The notes: generated by a model not told the origin, from the letters alone. 47,259 bases of DNA from Candidatus Woesearchaeota archaeon (GCA_016211195.1 JACQSS010000045.1:1-47259), one strand, 5' to 3'; positions 1 through 9,200 are shown, counted from the first letter of the stretch. Made by a program: numbers and translations.

Positions 1-2
1 GG

Positions 3-3000
3 TCAAATGTCACATTCCAGATAGAGCCAAGCGATGGGATTGACTTTGGGTCAATGCAACAGGCAACAGTGTCTGGTGACTGGTCTGCACCGACATCGAG
101 CAGTGAGGCTACCAACTTCACGAGCATCAACGCAGGACAAAACGGGTTATTCAACATCACATGGAGGGACAATGTCGGGCTGTCTGGGTTTATCTTCAGC
201 ATTAACGATTCCGGTGCATTTGTCAACAACTCATTTGTCCGCTTCTCTGGAACCACCAATGTTAGTTCTGTGGCGCATACCATTAACATCACAGTAAGAA
301 ACGGTACAATTATCGGTGTGATGGTCTATGCAAATGACACTAGTAACAATTGGAATGTCACAGAGATCTTCACCTTCTCCATCATGGACCTGGAGTCTAC
401 ATGGAGCAGCAATGCGACTAACTTCACCTTTATCAGCGAAGGAGACAATGGCTTGTTCAATGTCACGTGGACTGATGATGTGGGTCTGTCTGGATTCATC
501 TTCGGCATCAACGACTCGGGGCAGTTTGTCAATAACTCCTTTGTCCGCTTCTCTGGAACACCAAATGTCAGTTCGGTGGCGCATACAGTCAACATCACTG
601 CAATGAATGGAGTAGTCATCGGATGGAGGGTCTATGCGAATGACACCGGCAACAACTGGAACGTCACAAACATCTTCACCTTCTCCATCACGGGGCAGGA
701 GCCGGCATGGAGCAATAATGTTACCAACTTTACTACAATCACTGTGGGGGAAGTGGGCATATTCAATGTCACGTGGACAGACAATATCGGACTCTCTGGC
801 TTCATTTTCAGTAGCAATGATTCTGGGGGGTTTGTCAACCAAAGCTTTGTCAGATTCAGCGGGACTACGAATGTAAGCAGCGTTGCGTATACCATCGCTT
901 CTTCTGCGTTTGGCACTGTCGGCTGGAGGGTATATGCCAATGATACGAGCAATAACTGGAATGCCACTGCTATCTTCACCTTTGGCATTGCTGACAATAC
1001 CCCCCCATTCTGGTTCAATAACGTCACTAACTTCACCGGCGTGAAACAAAATGATACTGTGCTTTTCAACACGACGTGGAGCGATGATACTGGCTTGTCC
1101 GGTTTCATATTCAGCATCAATGATACTGGGGTCTTTGTCAACAGCACATTCCAGCGCTTCAGTGGAACCACAAATCATTCCATTAACATTACCCGCATCA
1201 ATTCGACTCATGGTACGCGGCTGGCATGGCGGTTCTATGCAAACGATACAAGCAATAACTGGAATACGACGCCTGCATTCACGCTCTTTGTCAATGTCCC
1301 GCCAACAGGTAGTGTCCCTGCGCAGACATTCAGGGCACGGGAATCTTTGACCATCGACTTAAATGATTATTTCAGCGACGAAGATGTTGATCATTTGATG
1401 TATACAGTAACGACCACAGGTGGCGTGACCGCATCATTATCGGGATCAGTGGTAACATTCACTGCAGGAGGTGTTGCGACAGACATTGCGACAATTACTG
1501 TAACAGATACCTATTCAACCATTAGCAGACAGACCGACATAACCGTCACGGCTGCGCCTGAGCCGACACCTGCTCCCAGCGGCTTTAGCGGCGGAGGAGA
1601 AAAGGCTGCGCCTGCTCCAACAGCGCCGACGGCAGAAGCAGCACCCGCTGCACCATCTGCGCCAGCAGTCGTGACAGCACCTGAAGCGCAGCCAGTGACA
1701 CAAGCACAACCCGTGCCCGTTATTACACGCATCTCTGTCTCCGGAACCGGTGCGCCTGGCGGCTTCTTCAATATCAGCAAGTATGTCCGGTTGCAACAAC
1801 TACCAGTGAACGCCTCTAATTTCACCAAGTTCCAGAGCATCATCGGCGTTGAACCAATTGCCAACTTCACGGAGATGACGATCGAGTTAGGATACGTTTG
1901 TGCCGGGCCCAGATTCAACGTGTATAAATGTGTCAACTGGAACTTCACTGAAGGCAGATGCAATAATGATACTGAGTGGACTGTCTATAAGCAGCTTGAA
2001 AAAGGGTTACTATATGTGAACATCACGCTTCGCCCACATGATCCGGGCTTAGGTATTGGCCCGTCACCGTATGCACCATACTGCGGAGACAATACCTGCG
2101 ACGAAGGAGAAACCTGTTCGAATTGTGCATTTGATTGTGGACAGTGCAAGGAAGCGCCTGCTGTCACGATAACAAAGAAGAAGGGATGGTTTGAGACACT
2201 GACGGGAGGATTTACCGGTTATGCGGCTGCATGCACCGAGCAATGGGTCTGCGAAGAGTGGGGTGCATATAATGAGACAGGATACCGCAGCAGGATGTGC
2301 ACTGATATGGCCAAGTGCACTCCACCTAAAGTTGAGACGGAATTGTGCGAGTATATGGAAAAAGAAGAAGCACCTCTCTTCGAAGTGAAACCTGTTGTGG
2401 TTGAACGCAAACCAGTAGTCATTGCATTATACTCATTATTGCTTCTTGTGCTTCTTGCTGCAGTGGCGGTGAGCAGCTATCTCCTGTATACCAAGCAGCA
2501 GGCAAAGAAACCAGTTCCCGCGACAGCTGCCGCAATCGTTAAAGGTGTTCTGGCTGGGGAGCATAAAGAGACAATCTTGCGGGAGACCGGAATGAGCCAT
2601 GATGCATTCGAGAAGCAGTACGAGCTTGTCCAGCAGCATATCAACCAGGCAAAGGCATTCATTGCACATGCGCTTGCTGAGGGAAAGAAACCTGTAGACA
2701 TCATGGCTGCTCTCATCAAAAATGGGTGGCCCGAGGTATTTGTGCACCAGCAGATGGCAGAGCACGCGCTGACACAATTGGACGCATTCATCCAAGATGC
2801 AACCAGGAAAGGGTACTCACCTGAGGACATAAAACAGGCACTGCAGAAGAAAGGGTGGCCCAAGGCAAGTTATGCACACCTGCAGCACTATGCAGGTGCA
2901 CAGGAAGCAGTTGTCAACGCGGTAGGAGAAGCAATACGCCGTGGATACAGCCCCGCACAGATTGCAACCTCATTCAGCAACGTAGGCTGGGATGCCTCCT

Positions 3001-3935
3001 ACATTACACGGCTTGCAACGCAAAGCCACGAAAAGGCCATTGCATCCTTGCAGAACCTGATTTGGGGACTGAGCAGAAAGGATGCATTGGACAAATACAA
3101 GCAATACGCATCATCTCTTATTGATGAAGCATTGCACAGTGTGCATAGGATAAAAGAGAGGTGGCTGCAAGAGATAACCGCAGCATTGCTCCGGGGAGTT
3201 GGTCAGACTGTTGCTATGAAGATGCTTGTTGCACAAGGAGTGCCTGATGATACTGCAATGAAAATTGTTGATGAGGCTGCTCGTGCTGCACAAGCTGCGA
3301 GAGAGAACGTCAAATCAGAATTGGCACGAGGCAAACCATTACAGGTCGTGGAGCGGGAATTGGCGTGGCCTGACGAGGTAAAAGAAACGATAATGGAGCC
3401 ATACAAACCAGACAAACTTACTGGATTGTATGAACAGATCTGGCAGCAAGTCATAGCAGGAGAAGTGGACGATAACATACAACAGGCATTCCGTGATGCC
3501 CCACAAAAGGCAGTTACCCGGATGGTCCATGAAGTGCGCGACACAAAAGATCGATTGGTTAAGGAAGGAGTCAGTGCACTTGTCCAGCAAATGCCGAAGG
3601 CAACACTTATGAAATTATTCATTACCCAGAATGTGCCAGAGCACGTCGCTGAAACGCTGTATAAAGAGTGTCTGGCGACGATGCGGGCATTGCAGAGCCG
3701 TGTCAGAGACGAATTCCTGACTGGCAGAATGCCCCCCGACATAAAGGATGCATTGCACGAATGGCCAACAGCAACCATAGAAGTGCTCCTCAGACCATAT
3801 GTCCAACAGATTGAAGGCGTCCGGCACGCCATCGCCAGCTATAGGAAGGACGGTTTTGAAGATAATGACATTGCGCAGTTCCTCAGGACGCGGGGCTATG
3901 ATCCAAGGCTTATCGCGACTATGCTGAAACAGTGA
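3..3935 (+). CDS. Giant sequon-rich surface (S-layer/adhesin-like) type I membrane protein, 5'-partial
   Basis: Frame 3 is open from nt 3, with no stop before the ATG at 54 (upstream residues SNVTFQIEPSDGIDFGS), so the gene starts outside the window. It has four tandem 100-102 aa repeats, with the NFT anchor at aa 21/123/225/325 of the ORF-track protein. I counted 9 N-x-S/T sequons by eye in repeat 1. Downstream are an Ig-like segment, a Pro/Ala linker (about nt 1553-1740) and a Cys-rich region. One TM helix, VVIALYSLLLLVLLAAVAVSSYLLY, lies at nt 2415-2489 and is followed by a 481-aa helical cytoplasmic tail. Confidence 0.85.
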   Translation, partial: SNVTFQIEPSDGIDFGSMQQATVSGDWSAPTSSSEATNFTSINAGQNGLFNITWRDNVGLSGFIFSINDSGAFVNNSFVRFSGTTNVSSVAHTINITVRNGTIIGVMVYANDTSNNWNVTEIFTFSIMDLESTWSSNATNFTFISEGDNGLFNVTWTDDVGLSGFIFGINDSGQFVNNSFVRFSGTPNVSSVAHTVNITAMNGVVIGWRVYANDTGNNWNVTNIFTFSITGQEPAWSNNVTNFTTITVGEVGIFNVTWTDNIGLSGFIFSSNDSGGFVNQSFVRFSGTTNVSSVAYTIASSAFGTVGWRVYANDTSNNWNATAIFTFGIADNTPPFWFNNVTNFTGVKQNDTVLFNTTWSDDTGLSGFIFSINDTGVFVNSTFQRFSGTTNHSINITRINSTHGTRLAWRFYANDTSNNWNTTPAFTLFVNVPPTGSVPAQTFRARESLTIDLNDYFSDEDVDHLMYTVTTTGGVTASLSGSVVTFTAGGVATDIATITVTDTYSTISRQTDITVTAAPEPTPAPSGFSGGGEKAAPAPTAPTAEAAPAAPSAPAVVTAPEAQPVTQAQPVPVITRISVSGTGAPGGFFNISKYVRLQQLPVNASNFTKFQSIIGVEPIANFTEMTIELGYVCAGPRFNVYKCVNWNFTEGRCNNDTEWTVYKQLEKGLLYVNITLRPHDPGLGIGPSPYAPYCGDNTCDEGETCSNCAFDCGQCKEAPAVTITKKKGWFETLTGGFTGYAAACTEQWVCEEWGAYNETGYRSRMCTDMAKCTPPKVETELCEYMEKEEAPLFEVKPVVVERKPVVIALYSLLLLVLLAAVAVSSYLLYTKQQAKKPVPATAAAIVKGVLAGEHKETILRETGMSHDAFEKQYELVQQHINQAKAFIAHALAEGKKPVDIMAALIKNGWPEVFVHQQMAEHALTQLDAFIQDATRKGYSPEDIKQALQKKGWPKASYAHLQHYAGAQEAVVNAVGEAIRRGYSPAQIATSFSNVGWDASYITRLATQSHEKAIASLQNLIWGLSRKDALDKYKQYASSLIDEALHSVHRIKERWLQEITAALLRGVGQTVAMKMLVAQGVPDDTAMKIVDEAARAAQAARENVKSELARGKPLQVVERELAWPDEVKETIMEPYKPDKLTGLYEQIWQQVIAGEVDDNIQQAFRDAPQKAVTRMVHEVRDTKDRLVKEGVSALVQQMPKATLMKLFITQNVPEHVAETLYKECLATMRALQSRVRDEFLTGRMPPDIKDALHEWPTATIEVLLRPYVQQIEGVRHAIASYRKDGFEDNDIAQFLRTRGYDPRLIATMLKQ
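78..1292 (+). repeat. Four in-frame tandem repeats (periods 306, 306, 300 nt) encoding a about 100-aa sequon-dense domain
   Basis: The 20-mer tttgtccgcttctctggaac occurs at 234-253 and again at 540-559, an offset of 306 nt. At protein level the unit ..NFT..G.NGLFN.TW.D.VGLSGFIFSINDSG.FVN.SFVRFSGT.NVSSVA.T.NIT...G..IGW.VYANDTSNNWN.T.IFTF.I recurs four times. Confidence 0.9.
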
Positions 3936-3992
3936 CCATTGTGCCTATGTTGAACTGGATGACTGCAGTTGTTATAATACAATCAAGAAAGA

Positions 3993-4000
3993 TTTAAATA
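3993..4000 (+). promoter_or_regulatory. Archaeal TATA box (TTTAAATA) for the small ORF and cdc48 unit
   Basis: TTTAAATA is centred at about 3996.5. An in-frame ATG at 4025 lies about 28 nt downstream, which fits a leaderless start. The GTG at 4010 is only 10 nt from the box. Confidence 0.5.
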
Positions 4001-4009
4001 GGAGATGTT

Positions 4010-4237
4010 GTGCCTACGCCTTTCATGTACATCCGCATCAAGAGATTCCACCGCGCAAGCGGCGTGAAGGTTTATTATTATGTTGTCGAAGGAGTGCGCG
4101 AGGCAGACAGGACAAAACAGCGCGTCGTGAAATACCTTGGCTCTGTCGAGAGCATTCTGGAGAAAATAGCATTTGCTGACCATATGATGAAACAGCGGAA
4201 AAGATATAAAGTCATATTCAGGGAGGGATACCCATGA
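4010..4237 (+). CDS. Small basic hypothetical protein translationally coupled to cdc48
   Basis: The 75-aa ORF runs from the GTG at 4010, or 70 aa from the ATG at 4025 ([23 protein letters not shown]...KQRVVKYLG). Its stop overlaps the cdc48 ATG (ATGA at 4234-4237). It has no recognised family. The N-terminus weakly recalls the N-terminal segment of IS1634-type transposases; this rests on memory and is low confidence. Confidence 0.5.
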   Translation: MPTPFMYIRIKRFHRASGVKVYYYVVEGVREADRTKQRVVKYLGSVESILEKIAFADHMMKQRKRYKVIFREGYP

Positions 4238-6507
4238 CCGAAGAACTGAAATGCAAAGTAGTTGAGGCAGTGCAGGACGATGTCAATAAGGGTATTGTCC
4301 GCATTGATTCTGGATTCATGCAAAAGGTAGGCGTCCGGGCAGGCGACATTGTTGAGCTCGAAGGAGAACGGAAAACGGTCGCAATTGTCGACAGATCGTA
4401 CCCGAGCGATATCGGGCTGTCCATTATCCGCATGGACGGGCTCATCAGGAAAAATGCCCGGACAAGCATTGGCGAGTATGTAAAAGTAAAAAAGGCTGAT
4501 GTTAAAGAAGCAAAGCGTATTATTGTAGCACCGGCCAAGAAGGGAGTCATTGTCCGCGCGTCACCAGCCACATTCAAACACGGTCTCCTCGGGCGGGCTG
4601 TTGTAAAAGGAGACATTGTCTCTCTTGGCGGAACCCGACGACGTAGGACAACGATGACAGAATCACCGTTCTTTGAAGATATATTCAGCATGCTTGATGA
4701 AGAATTTGCCGGGCTTGGCTTTGGCGATATCAAGTTTGTCATCGCAGACACGAATCCAAAGCAAGCGGTCATTATCACTGATGCAACAGAAATTGTGCTG
4801 AACCCAGAGGCCATTGAAGTCAAGGAGGAAGTCATTCCTGAAGTCACCTACGAAGATATTGGCGGCCTTGAGGAAGAAGTCAAGAAAATTCGGGAAATGG
4901 TTGAATTACCATTGAAACACCCGGAAGTGTTTGAACGGTTGGGCATTGAACCGCCTAAAGGTGTCTTGTTACATGGCCCACCCGGTACAGGAAAGACGCT
5001 TCTCGCTAAAGCTGTAGCAAATGAGAGCAATTCTAACTTCCTGCTGATCAATGGTCCCGAGATAATGAGCAAATATTATGGTCAAAGTGAAGAAAATTTA
5101 AGAAAAAAGTTTGAAGAGGCTGAAAAGAATGCGCCGTCCATTATTTTCATTGACGAGATTGATGCGATTGCATCAAAGCGTGAAGAAGTACAGGGCGAAG
5201 TAGAGCGTCGTGTTGTGGCCCAGTTGCTTGCATTGATGGATGGCCTCAAGAGCAGAGGTAAAGTTGTGGTTATCGCTGCGTCGAACAGACCAAATGCCCT
5301 TGACCCGGCATTGCGCAGACCCGGGCGCTTTGATCGCGAGATAGAGATCGGTGTTCCGGGAAAAGAAGGAAGACTAAACATCCTTAAAATCCATACCCGA
5401 AACATGCCTTTGGATAAAACAGTAAACCTCAAGAAGATCGCAGACATCACCCATGGTTTTGTCGGTGCTGATTTGAGCGCGCTTGCAAAAGAAGCTGCAA
5501 TGATTGTCCTGCGCAGGATTCTTCCCGACTTGAAACTGGAGGAAGAAGAGGCGATCCCAAAGGATATGCTCGAGCAGCTAAAGATTACACAGAAAGATTT
5601 CACTGATGCGCTGAAGGTTGTCCGACCAAGCGCCATGCGTGAAGTTTTGGTCGAGATCCCTGCAGTGAAGTGGGAGCATGTCGGCGGCTTGGAGAATGTC
5701 AAGCAGGAGCTTAAAGAAGCGGTGGAGTGGCCACTCAAATTTCCGGATGCATTCAAGCGGCTAGGCGTGAACCCCCCGAAGGGAATACTATTGTACGGGG
5801 CTCCTGGGGTGGGGAAGACACTCCTGGCCAAGGCTATTGCCACGGAAAGTGAAGCAAATTTCATCTCTGTCAAGGGACCGGAACTCCTGTCAAAGTGGGT
5901 AGGTGAGAGCGAAAAAGCTGTGCGGAAAGTCTTTGAGAAAGCACGGCAGACTGCACCGACCATTATCTTCTTTGACGAGATAGATAGCCTTGCACCGCGG
6001 CGGGGAGCAAGCAGCGACTCGCACGTGACAGAGCGTGTTGTCAACCAGTTCCTGACTGAGGTGGATGGGTTGGAAGAGTTACATGATGTTGTTGTCATTG
6101 CAGCGACGAACAGACCAGACATTGTCGACCCGGCATTGTTGCGACCGGGCAGGTTTGACCGCATCATTCTCGTGGACGTGCCAACCAAGGAAGCAAGAAA
6201 AAGGATATTAGAGGTTCACACAAGTGAAATGCCCTTGCAAGGCGTTAATCTGGAAAAAGTCGCAGAGTTGACCGATGGGTACGTCGGCGCTGATCTTGAA
6301 GCAGTCTGCAGGGAGGCTGCAATCCACGCGCTGCGGGGGAATATCAAGGCAAAGGAAATCACGATGGATCATTTCGAAGCTGCGCTGGAGACAGTCGGCC
6401 CTTCAGTAACGCCCGATATTGCCTCAATGTACAAGGACCTGATGAAGCAGTTTAAGGCTGCACGCGCAAAGCAGATGAAAGAAGAGAAACCGCTTTACTT
6501 TGGCTGA
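4234..6507 (+). CDS. cdc48: Cdc48/VCP-like AAA+ ATPase (two AAA domains plus Cdc48-type N domain)
   Basis: Walker A motifs are GPPGTGKT (D1) and GAPGVGKT (D2). Walker B motifs are IIFIDEID and IIFFDEID. Both domains carry the repeated RPGRFDR second-region-of-homology. The 757-aa length is typical of archaeal Cdc48. Confidence 0.95.
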   Translation: MTEELKCKVVEAVQDDVNKGIVRIDSGFMQKVGVRAGDIVELEGERKTVAIVDRSYPSDIGLSIIRMDGLIRKNARTSIGEYVKVKKADVKEAKRIIVAPAKKGVIVRASPATFKHGLLGRAVVKGDIVSLGGTRRRRTTMTESPFFEDIFSMLDEEFAGLGFGDIKFVIADTNPKQAVIITDATEIVLNPEAIEVKEEVIPEVTYEDIGGLEEEVKKIREMVELPLKHPEVFERLGIEPPKGVLLHGPPGTGKTLLAKAVANESNSNFLLINGPEIMSKYYGQSEENLRKKFEEAEKNAPSIIFIDEIDAIASKREEVQGEVERRVVAQLLALMDGLKSRGKVVVIAASNRPNALDPALRRPGRFDREIEIGVPGKEGRLNILKIHTRNMPLDKTVNLKKIADITHGFVGADLSALAKEAAMIVLRRILPDLKLEEEEAIPKDMLEQLKITQKDFTDALKVVRPSAMREVLVEIPAVKWEHVGGLENVKQELKEAVEWPLKFPDAFKRLGVNPPKGILLYGAPGVGKTLLAKAIATESEANFISVKGPELLSKWVGESEKAVRKVFEKARQTAPTIIFFDEIDSLAPRRGASSDSHVTERVVNQFLTEVDGLEELHDVVVIAATNRPDIVDPALLRPGRFDRIILVDVPTKEARKRILEVHTSEMPLQGVNLEKVAELTDGYVGADLEAVCREAAIHALRGNIKAKEITMDHFEAALETVGPSVTPDIASMYKDLMKQFKAARAKQMKEEKPLYFG

Positions 6508-7117
6508 ATTGCAGTAACAGTGAGCAGCAGTCGGCCCAGTTGTTGACACGAACAGAAGGAAAACCATTGTGGGCAGCATAGTAGTCGAGTACTCCATCCA
6601 GTGTGTTGTCCCCGTAGGTGAATTGTGTGACATAGCCTGTATTCGAGCGCCGTGAGAACAGGACAGGCAACGTGGTACTCCCCACCATTGCATGGATATG
6701 GTCCGGGTAATCATCCACATGGAAAACACAATGGTGCTCTTTGACGAGCTGATGTTTGTCCTCACCATACAAGACCCGATGAAACAGCAGTGGAAAATTA
6801 TTGTTGACCCATGCATTCGTCTGTGCTTGTAACACTGGAGGTCGTGCTGTGACAATCATCAGTTCATATGCCTGGGTGAGAGTATCCACAAATGAGGAAC
6901 CGTCGATTGGAAGCATATGGAGATATGCCTCTTTCTCGAACATTTTTTTGTAGACATGTTTTATCTGCTCATCTTTCAAGCCGAGAAGCGTGAAGTCATA
7001 ATCTACAACATCCTCTTCCCGCAACGTAAAGGGATAGTTCCTGTTCACTTCATCAAGAAAGGAAGGTAAAAATGAGCAGAGGACACCATCCAGATCAAGA
7101 CTACCCATTGGTTTCAT
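6452..7117 (-). CDS. HAD-superfamily phosphatase, 5'(3')-deoxyribonucleotidase (NT5C)-like
   Basis: HAD motif I is at the N-terminus (SLDLDGVL). IVTAR is a motif II-like Thr, and HVDDYPDH is an acidic motif IV-like site. The 3' end overlaps the cdc48 3' end by 56 nt in convergent orientation. Confidence 0.6.
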   Translation of the reverse strand: MKPMGSLDLDGVLCSFLPSFLDEVNRNYPFTLREEDVVDYDFTLLGLKDEQIKHVYKKMFEKEAYLHMLPIDGSSFVDTLTQAYELMIVTARPPVLQAQTNAWVNNNFPLLFHRVLYGEDKHQLVKEHHCVFHVDDYPDHIHAMVGSTTLPVLFSRRSNTGYVTQFTYGDNTLDGVLDYYAAHNGFPSVRVNNWADCCSLLLQFSQSKAVSLLSSALRVQP

Positions 7118-7141
7118 CGCATGCTGCCTGAAGGCAAAGAG

Positions 7142-7149
7142 TATAAAAA
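7142..7149. promoter_or_regulatory. Bidirectional TATA box (TATAAAAA / TTTTTATA) for divergent leaderless genes
   Basis: The centre is at 7145.5. The minus-strand ATG at 7117 and the plus-strand ATG at 7171 both lie about 26-28 nt away. Confidence 0.55.
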
Positions 7150-7152
7150 CCT

Positions 7153-7407
7153 TTGGAACACAAAGGATGGATGGACATTCTTAGCTATGTGAAGGATAAC
7201 GAACTGCACGTCCACGTTATCCCGGGTGCTGCAAGAAACGACATCCGGAAAGTGGACCAAGGAATCGTCTACATTGCGTTAGCAGCCCCTCCTGAGAAGG
7301 GCAAGGCCAACCGTGAACTCTGCAATTACCTCAAGAAGCTTACGAAGAGACAGGTGCGCATAAAAACAGGTGAGCATGCACGTAATAAAGTCGTTGTTTT
7401 TATGTAG
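7153..7407 (+). CDS. DUF167 / YggU-family (UPF0235) protein
   Basis: The sequence ...LHVHVIPGAARNDI....G.VYIALAAPPEKGKANRELCNYLKKL.....VRIKTGEHARNKVV matches the YggU pattern (P.A.....i.......l.v...APP..G.AN..l..fL). The track start at 7153 is TTG. The ATG at 7171 fits the TATA spacing better. Confidence 0.8.
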   Translation: MEHKGWMDILSYVKDNELHVHVIPGAARNDIRKVDQGIVYIALAAPPEKGKANRELCNYLKKLTKRQVRIKTGEHARNKVVVFM

Positions 7408-7950
7408 TTATTTTATCCCCTTCAGCACCGCTGCAACTTTTTGTTTAAGCTCTTCACCAGAGCCATCGTTCACGAGTGCATAGTCAGCCATGGCCATGCA
7501 TGCATGGACTTGCAGATGGAGCGGATTCTGTTCATCTTCCATTTTCTCAATCGCAAGCCATTCTTCATACGATTTTACATTCCCGACGCGCCCACGGCTA
7601 CGCTCCCGTTCATAACGAACCTTCAGGGGAGCATCAAGGCTGACCAGCACAAATGACGGTAGCTTTCGCAGTTCTGTTACTTCGGCAGGATTCCGGATCG
7701 AGTCAATGACCACGTCACCGGAAGGGAGACGTTTCCTGATAAGGATAGCCAATGCTCCGGGGCCGTCGCGTTCACGGAATTCATTACCGAGGGAAATGAG
7801 ATTTTTGGTCGACGATTCCCATTTCCGCGCAGCAGCTTCTTCCCGCAATGGGTCTGCAAGTGAAACAATGGCAAAGCCGTAGTGTTCCTTCAAAATAGAG
7901 CAGAGGGTTCCTTTACCGCTTGCATTTGTCCCGGCTAGTCCCAGAATCAT
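7408..7950 (-). CDS. P-loop NMP-kinase-like protein (archaeal UPF0200 / dephospho-CoA-kinase-like family)
   Basis: The Walker A motif is GLAGTNASGKGT. The overall pattern (..VSLADPLREEA..., VVIDSIRNPAEV.ELRK, ...RYERERSRGR, ALVNDGS.EEL) resembles archaeal UPF0200 kinases. Its stop abuts the stop of the DUF167 gene (7407/7408). Confidence 0.6.
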   Translation of the reverse strand: MILGLAGTNASGKGTLCSILKEHYGFAIVSLADPLREEAAARKWESSTKNLISLGNEFRERDGPGALAILIRKRLPSGDVVIDSIRNPAEVTELRKLPSFVLVSLDAPLKVRYERERSRGRVGNVKSYEEWLAIEKMEDEQNPLHLQVHACMAMADYALVNDGSGEELKQKVAAVLKGIK

Positions 7951-7973
7951 GGCTCAGCCACAGCAGTCAGATG

Positions 7974-7981
7974 TTTTTATA
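7974..7981 (-). promoter_or_regulatory. TATA box (minus-strand TATAAAAA) for the kinase-like gene
   Basis: The centre at 7977.5 lies about 27 nt upstream of the ATG at 7950, consistent with a leaderless mRNA. Confidence 0.5.
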
Positions 7982-7994
7982 GTTTTGCAAAATG

Positions 7995-8002
7995 ATATAA
8001 AT
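7995..8002 (+). promoter_or_regulatory. TATA box (ATATAAAT) for tmk
   Basis: The centre is at 7998.5. In-frame ATGs at 8020, 8029 and 8035 lie 21-36 nt downstream. Confidence 0.45.
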
Positions 8003-8019
8003 CCGAACACATAGGAATT

Positions 8020-8718
8020 ATGAGGGTGATGGGCATGGAGACGTTAGAAAAAAAGACAGGTAAGATAATCACAATCGACGGGACTGACCGGTCAGGAAAG
8101 CATACACAGGCAGTTCTGCTGTATGAGCGGCTACAGACGGAGGGATACCGGGCAGCACTGCTTGATTTCCCCCAATATCAATCATTCACCGGGGAACCCA
8201 TTACTGCATATCTGAACCTGAGAAAAGAATACCTGTCAGAGTTGGGGGCAAAAATTCCGTCAGTGTTATATGCAGTCGACCGATTTGGTGCAAAGGAGCA
8301 GTTGACAAGATGGCTTGCGCAGAATACAATTATCGTCTTGGACAGGTATGTGGAATCAAACATGGCTTTCCAGAGCGCAAAGCTGCCTCCTGAGGACAGG
8401 GCATCTTTCCTCCAGTGGTTGGAAAGGCTTGAGCATGGCCTCTTGGGATTACCACGTTCAGATGCAGTGGTTTATCTTCATGTCCCGCCACACGTTACAG
8501 AACATCTGGCTGAGCAGGAGCAACGAGAGACAGGAAAACAGAAGGATTTGCACGAAAAAGATTGGGGCTTCCAGAGAAAAGTGGTGGAACAATACCTGCT
8601 GCTTGCTGCTGAAAGGAATTGGCACGTCATTGACTGTGTTAGACATGACCTTTTGTTGTCGCGTGAGCAGATTGCAGAGAAGGTCTGGACAGCTGTCGTG
8701 CCTTGCCTCAGGACGTAA
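8020..8718 (+). CDS. tmk: Thymidylate kinase
   Basis: The P-loop is ITIDGTDRSGKHTQ. The DRY motif is present (VLDRYVESNMAFQ). Length and layout are typical of Tmk. Confidence 0.85.
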   Translation: MRVMGMETLEKKTGKIITIDGTDRSGKHTQAVLLYERLQTEGYRAALLDFPQYQSFTGEPITAYLNLRKEYLSELGAKIPSVLYAVDRFGAKEQLTRWLAQNTIIVLDRYVESNMAFQSAKLPPEDRASFLQWLERLEHGLLGLPRSDAVVYLHVPPHVTEHLAEQEQRETGKQKDLHEKDWGFQRKVVEQYLLLAAERNWHVIDCVRHDLLLSREQIAEKVWTAVVPCLRT

Positions 8719-9178
8719 GTCTTGTTTGTCGCTCCTCGAGCACTTTCGCTGTTGATGGATCAAGCCTTATGATCAGAAGGACAAGAGACGGCATGACAAA
8801 GGTCACATTCCAGACAACAGTACCATCAATTTTTTCAAGCACATAGAGGGTCCGGAGGAGTGTTGTCTTATATTTCCCCTCGAAGAAAGCGGTAGCTGCA
8901 GTTTTTATTGCTAAAAAAGATTGTGTTACTGTCTCCAGAAGAAGTGGCTCAACGCGTTTTGCCGGGTCTCTGTAGACGTCATCTTCCCATGCAGAGAGCA
9001 CAGTGTCATTACCAAACTGCACTGAGAAGACTTTATCTGTTTGTTCATCATAAAATCCAATTTGCTCACAGGTCCCATCTGAATAGAAATAACTGAGAAA
9101 CGCGTGGGGATGCGTTTTCTGCCATGCTGTATAGTTCTTGTTTTTTTGTGCAGCGGTAAGATAGTCAGCAACGTCCAT
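8708..9178 (-). CDS. Hypothetical protein (weak PepSY-like beta-rich pattern)
   Basis: The track ORF extends to 9346, but that extension overlaps taw1 and the shared TATA box. The ATG at 9178 (MDVADYLTAAQ...) sits 26 nt from the TATA centre. The C-terminal ...LEKIDGTVVWNVTF...IIRLDPSTAKVLEE resembles PepSY-type repeats; this is inference. Confidence 0.55.
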   Translation of the reverse strand: MDVADYLTAAQKNKNYTAWQKTHPHAFLSYFYSDGTCEQIGFYDEQTDKVFSVQFGNDTVLSAWEDDVYRDPAKRVEPLLLETVTQSFLAIKTAATAFFEGKYKTTLLRTLYVLEKIDGTVVWNVTFVMPSLVLLIIRLDPSTAKVLEERQTRLTS

Positions 9179-9200
9179 TGCATTGAGAGAAACGTCATGA

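Noticed and set aside
231-1211. 326-aa and 179-aa minus-strand ORFs lie across the tandem-repeat region.
   Set aside because: They are antisense shadows of the repeat-encoding frame. Their periodic sequence simply mirrors the plus-strand repeats.
78-1292. Direct repeats that might suggest a CRISPR array or satellite.
   Set aside because: The period is 300-306 nt, the repeats are in frame and there are no unique spacers. They are protein-domain duplications.
5082-6188. A 368-aa minus-strand ORF lies inside cdc48, along with 4218-4847 and 4848-5072.
   Set aside because: They are antisense to a high-confidence AAA+ ATPase gene. The products are Ser/Arg/Ala-rich with no motifs.
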